Assembly (NCBI GenBank): GCA_035363115.1
Contig: DAOSEM010000002.1
Location: 269,088-333,087 of the forward strand
Length of the DNA stretch: 64,000 nucleotides
Direction of reading: 5' to 3'
DNA from: Syntrophales bacterium
GTDB taxonomy: Bacteria; Desulfobacterota; Syntrophia; Syntrophales; PHBD01
The notes beneath the pieces were generated by a model that was not told where the DNA came from, made no database searches, and worked only from the letters and a program-made list of their open reading frames with translations. Made by a program: the position numbers and the translations under genes. Every line of letters starts with the position of its first letter. Position 1 is the stretch's first letter. Below, piece after piece: positions 61,391 to 64,000 of this stretch.

Positions 61391-62734
61391 ATGGACGTTC
61401 TTGCGCTGAGTCGCCTGCAGTTCGCCGCCACGGCGGGTTTTCACTTCCTGTTCGTTCCGCTGACCCTGGGATTGTCCATCCTGGTGGCCTTTATGGAGAG
61501 CCGCTGGGTCGCCACGGGAAACCCGATGTACCTGAGGATGACCCGCTTCTGGGGCAAGCTTTTCCTCATCAACTTCATCCTCGGCGTCGTCACCGGACTC
61601 ACCATGGAGTTCCAGTTCGGCATGAACTGGGCGGAATACTCCCGTTTCGTCGGCGATATCTTCGGTGTCCCGCTGGCCATCGAGGCGACGGTGGCCTTCT
61701 TCCTTGAGTCGGTGTTCATCGGACTCTGGATCTTCGGCTGGAACCGAGTTTCGAAGGGCGTGCACGCCTTTGCGATGTGGATGGTCGCCTTCGCCACGAA
61801 CCTGTCGGCCCTCTGGATACTCCTGGCCAACGGCTGGATGCAGCATCCGGTGGGTTACGTGATTCGGAACGGCCGGGCGGAGATGGTCGATTTCTGGGCC
61901 CTGTTGACCAACAGCTATGCCTGGTGGAAGTTTTTCCACACGGTGCTCTCGGGGTATGTCGTGGCCGCATTCTTCGTCCTGGGGATCTCGGCCTGGCATC
62001 TGCTCCGGAGGAACGAAAGACCCCTCTTCACGGCCTCCTTCCGCATGGCAGCAGTCTTCGGCCTCGTCAGCTCCCTTCTCCTGATCGGTGCAGGGGATTT
62101 CGCCGCCAAGGACGTGGCGAAGGCCCAGCCGACCAAGCTGGCCGCCATGGAATCCCACTGGGAGACCGGGAAGGCCGTGCCCTTTTACCTGCTCCTCGTT
62201 CCCGATGCGAAGAACGAACGGAACGCCGTCCAGGCCATCCCCGTTCCCGGCGTCGTCAGTTTTCTCTCCTTCGGCGATTTTCAGGCCGAGGTGAAGGGGC
62301 TGAAGGATTTCCCGAAAGAGAACCGGCCGCCCGTCATGGAGGTCTTTGTCAGCTTCCGGCTGATGGTCGGTCTCGGGGGGCTCTTCGTGCTCCTGTCGGC
62401 CTTCTCCCTCTTTCTTGCATGGAAAGGCCGGATCGAGGCGTACCCATGGTTCCTCAAGATCCTGTTCTATGCCATCCCGCTTCCCTACATCGCGGCCCAA
62501 CTCGGCTGGGCGGTGGCGGAGGTGGGCCGCCAGCCGTGGCTTGTCTACGGTGTCTACAGAACCGCTGAGGGCGTTTCCAGGAACATTTCAACGGAGCAAG
62601 TACTCCTGTCGGTGATCGGTTTCACCCTGTTTTACGGATTCCTTGGGCTTCTGGATATTTACTTGCTGGCGAAATTCGCCCGGAAGGGGCCGGATCCCCT
62701 GCGGGTGAAGGCAGCCGGCCCGGAAGGGGCATGA
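61391..62734 (+). CDS. cydA: Cytochrome bd ubiquinol oxidase subunit I
   Basis: MDVLALSRLQFAATAGFHFLFVPLTLGL, GWAVAEVGRQPW, and a Q-loop region. 447 aa (short Q-loop type). Confidence 0.93.
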   Translation: MDVLALSRLQFAATAGFHFLFVPLTLGLSILVAFMESRWVATGNPMYLRMTRFWGKLFLINFILGVVTGLTMEFQFGMNWAEYSRFVGDIFGVPLAIEATVAFFLESVFIGLWIFGWNRVSKGVHAFAMWMVAFATNLSALWILLANGWMQHPVGYVIRNGRAEMVDFWALLTNSYAWWKFFHTVLSGYVVAAFFVLGISAWHLLRRNERPLFTASFRMAAVFGLVSSLLLIGAGDFAAKDVAKAQPTKLAAMESHWETGKAVPFYLLLVPDAKNERNAVQAIPVPGVVSFLSFGDFQAEVKGLKDFPKENRPPVMEVFVSFRLMVGLGGLFVLLSAFSLFLAWKGRIEAYPWFLKILFYAIPLPYIAAQLGWAVAEVGRQPWLVYGVYRTAEGVSRNISTEQVLLSVIGFTLFYGFLGLLDIYLLAKFARKGPDPLRVKAAGPEGA

Positions 62735-62735
62735 T

Positions 62736-63764
62736 ATGGAATATCAGGTGATCTGGTTCGTTTTGTGGGGTTTGTTGTGGGCGGTCTATTTCATGACCGA
62801 CGGATTCGACCTGGGTGTGGGAATCCTGCTTCCGGTGCTGGGTGGTGACGACACGGATCGCGGGGTGATGCTGCACACGATCGGACCCGTCTGGGACGGC
62901 AACGAGGTCTGGCTCGTGACGGCGGGCGGCGCAACCTTCGCCGCCTTTCCCGGGGTCTACGCCCTGCTCTTCAGCACGCTCTACACACCCCTGCTGCTGG
63001 TGCTGTTCGCCCTCATCGTTCGGGGGGTGGGACTCGAGTTCCGGGGGAAAGGGACGACGGAATCCTGGAAACGGAGATGGGACACGGCGATCTCCATCAG
63101 CAGCACGCTGATCGCGTTTCTCTTCGGGATTACCTTCGGAAACCTGTTTTTCGGACTCCCCATTAATGCCGACGGGTATCAGGGTGGAGTAGCCGGGCTT
63201 CTGAACCTCTATGGAATCCTGACGGGGCTTCTGTTTCTCCTGCTCTTCTCCGTTCATGGAGCCCTGTGGCTTGCCTGGAAGACCGACGGCGCCCTGGCCG
63301 CCCGGGCGGCCGATTTTGCAGGGAAGGCGTGGGCCGCCCTGGCGGTCTTCCTGTTCCTTTTTCTGTTCTACACCGCTTCAACCACCGGGCTCGACCGCAA
63401 TTTCACCGCCTTCCCGATCCTTCTCGGATTCCCCCTGGCGGCGCTGGCGGCCTTGGCGGGCATTCGCTTCTTCATGGGGAGGGGCCATTTCCTGGGGGCA
63501 TTTCTCGCCTCCTGCGCCGCCGTTCTCCTGACGGTGGCAACCGGCATCGCCGGGCTGTACCCGAACCTGGTACCATCCCGGCTCGATCCGGCTTTCAGCG
63601 CTACCGTCTTCAACGCCTCCTCCAGCCCGTACACGCTGAAGATCATGACCATCGTGGCGCTGGTGTTCGTCCCGATCGTCATTGCCTACCAGGTCTGGGT
63701 CTACCGTGTTTTCCGACACAGGGTAAGTGCCTCGGAACTGGCAAAGGATGAAGACGGGTACTGA
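62736..63764 (+). CDS. cydB: Cytochrome bd ubiquinol oxidase subunit II
   Basis: The start lies 1 nt after the cydA stop. FVLWGLLWAVYFMTDGFDLGVGILLP, WDGNEVWL. 342 aa. Confidence 0.92.
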   Translation: MEYQVIWFVLWGLLWAVYFMTDGFDLGVGILLPVLGGDDTDRGVMLHTIGPVWDGNEVWLVTAGGATFAAFPGVYALLFSTLYTPLLLVLFALIVRGVGLEFRGKGTTESWKRRWDTAISISSTLIAFLFGITFGNLFFGLPINADGYQGGVAGLLNLYGILTGLLFLLLFSVHGALWLAWKTDGALAARAADFAGKAWAALAVFLFLFLFYTASTTGLDRNFTAFPILLGFPLAALAALAGIRFFMGRGHFLGAFLASCAAVLLTVATGIAGLYPNLVPSRLDPAFSATVFNASSSPYTLKIMTIVALVFVPIVIAYQVWVYRVFRHRVSASELAKDEDGY

Positions 63765-63799
63765 TGGGATGGGGAGGGTGTGAAAAAGAGATAAAAAAA

Positions 63800-63839
63800 G
63801 GGCGGATGGAAAAGGAGGGAACCTGAAAACCATCCGCCC
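63800..63839. repeat. Hairpin element copy 1 (10-bp GC stem, 20-nt loop AAAAGGAGGGAACCTGAAAA)
   Basis: GGGCGGATGG / CCATCCGCCC. A7 lies immediately to the left, so on the minus strand this reads as an intrinsic terminator. Confidence 0.6.
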
Positions 63840-63847
63840 ATATTAAA

Positions 63848-63879
63848 CTGGGAGGTACCCGGTAACCTATGCCTCCCAG
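63848..63879. repeat. Unrelated 8-bp-stem hairpin between the two element copies
   Basis: CTGGGAGG-tacccggtaacctatg-CCTCCCAG. Confidence 0.4.
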
Positions 63880-63894
63880 AATCGATTTAGGGGG

Positions 63895-63933
63895 TCGGTG
63901 GGTGGAAAGGAGGGAACAGAAACCACCCACCGA
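63895..63933. repeat. Hairpin element copy 2 (11-bp stem, 17-nt loop AAAGGAGGGAACAGAAA)
   Basis: TCGGTGGGTGG / CCACCCACCGA. The loop core AAAGGAGGGAAC is identical to copy 1. The stems differ at three positions, each with a compensating change on the other arm. Confidence 0.6.
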
Positions 63934-64000
63934 TTAAAAACAATCATCACACTCGGCAGTCGCGTCAAAACGTCTCTGGAAGAAAAAAACGGATGCTCTG

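Noticed and set aside
63765-63800. Search for a small cydX/cydS-type ORF after cydB
   Set aside because: The only ATG-initiated frame here (ATGGGATGGGGAGGGTGTGAAAAAGAGATAA) encodes 9 residues with no hydrophobic helix.
63800-63933. Possibility that the repeated hairpins are a CRISPR array
   Set aside because: The repeats are not near-identical (the stems have diverged with compensation), the units are long palindromes with large loops, the spacing is about 95 bp, and no cas genes are present in the window.

Overview
GC-rich bacterial chromosome segment (about 60-65 % GC by eye). It holds about 55 protein genes and 2 tRNAs; no rRNA, CRISPR array or intact mobile element was seen. The gene content (selenocysteine formate dehydrogenase, several CoA-transferases, acyl-CoA dehydrogenase, cytochrome bd) suggests an anaerobic, possibly syntrophic Desulfobacterota-like organism, but the taxon is inference only. 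Layout: (1) 1-4267: partial iron alcohol dehydrogenase, a small secreted protein, and an orphan selenocysteine FdhA with an fdhF-like SECIS hairpin. (2) 4380-4620: a self-contained tRNA-Pro unit. (3) 4680-31081: a 26 kb same-strand glycan locus, the most unusual part of the window. Its first half (4680-20296) is a tightly coupled operon. It combines the CDP-3,6-dideoxyhexose entry enzymes RfbF/G/H with a YerE-like ThDP enzyme, an SDR, a NeuB-like synthase plus a KdsC-like phosphatase, three radical-SAM enzymes, two methyltransferases that share an NDP-sugar-binding module, and GtrB/GtrA. Its second half (20820-31081) is an export block: phosphoglycosyl transferase, YjbH/GfcD-like barrel, kinase-less Wzz, a 1075-aa multi-SLBB Wza, a FecR-domain protein with a low-complexity tail, a lipoprotein and an SH3-AMIN protein. 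(4) 31159-50328: recJ and an acyl-CoA/acetate block (acyl-CoA dehydrogenase, three AcetylCoA_hydro-family paralogues with one fused to a GNAT, a YaaH-type channel, a CoA pyrophosphatase), interrupted by an EF-G paralogue coupled to a small P-loop protein, tRNA-Met and an FG-GAP protein. (5) 50567-63764: housekeeping genes (mscS-like, purB, nadB, tsaD, rsmA, panCD, cydAB). (6) 63800-64000: covarying hairpins with a conserved SD-like loop, running off the right edge. Most long ORFs in the track that lie opposite these genes are GC-driven shadow frames.
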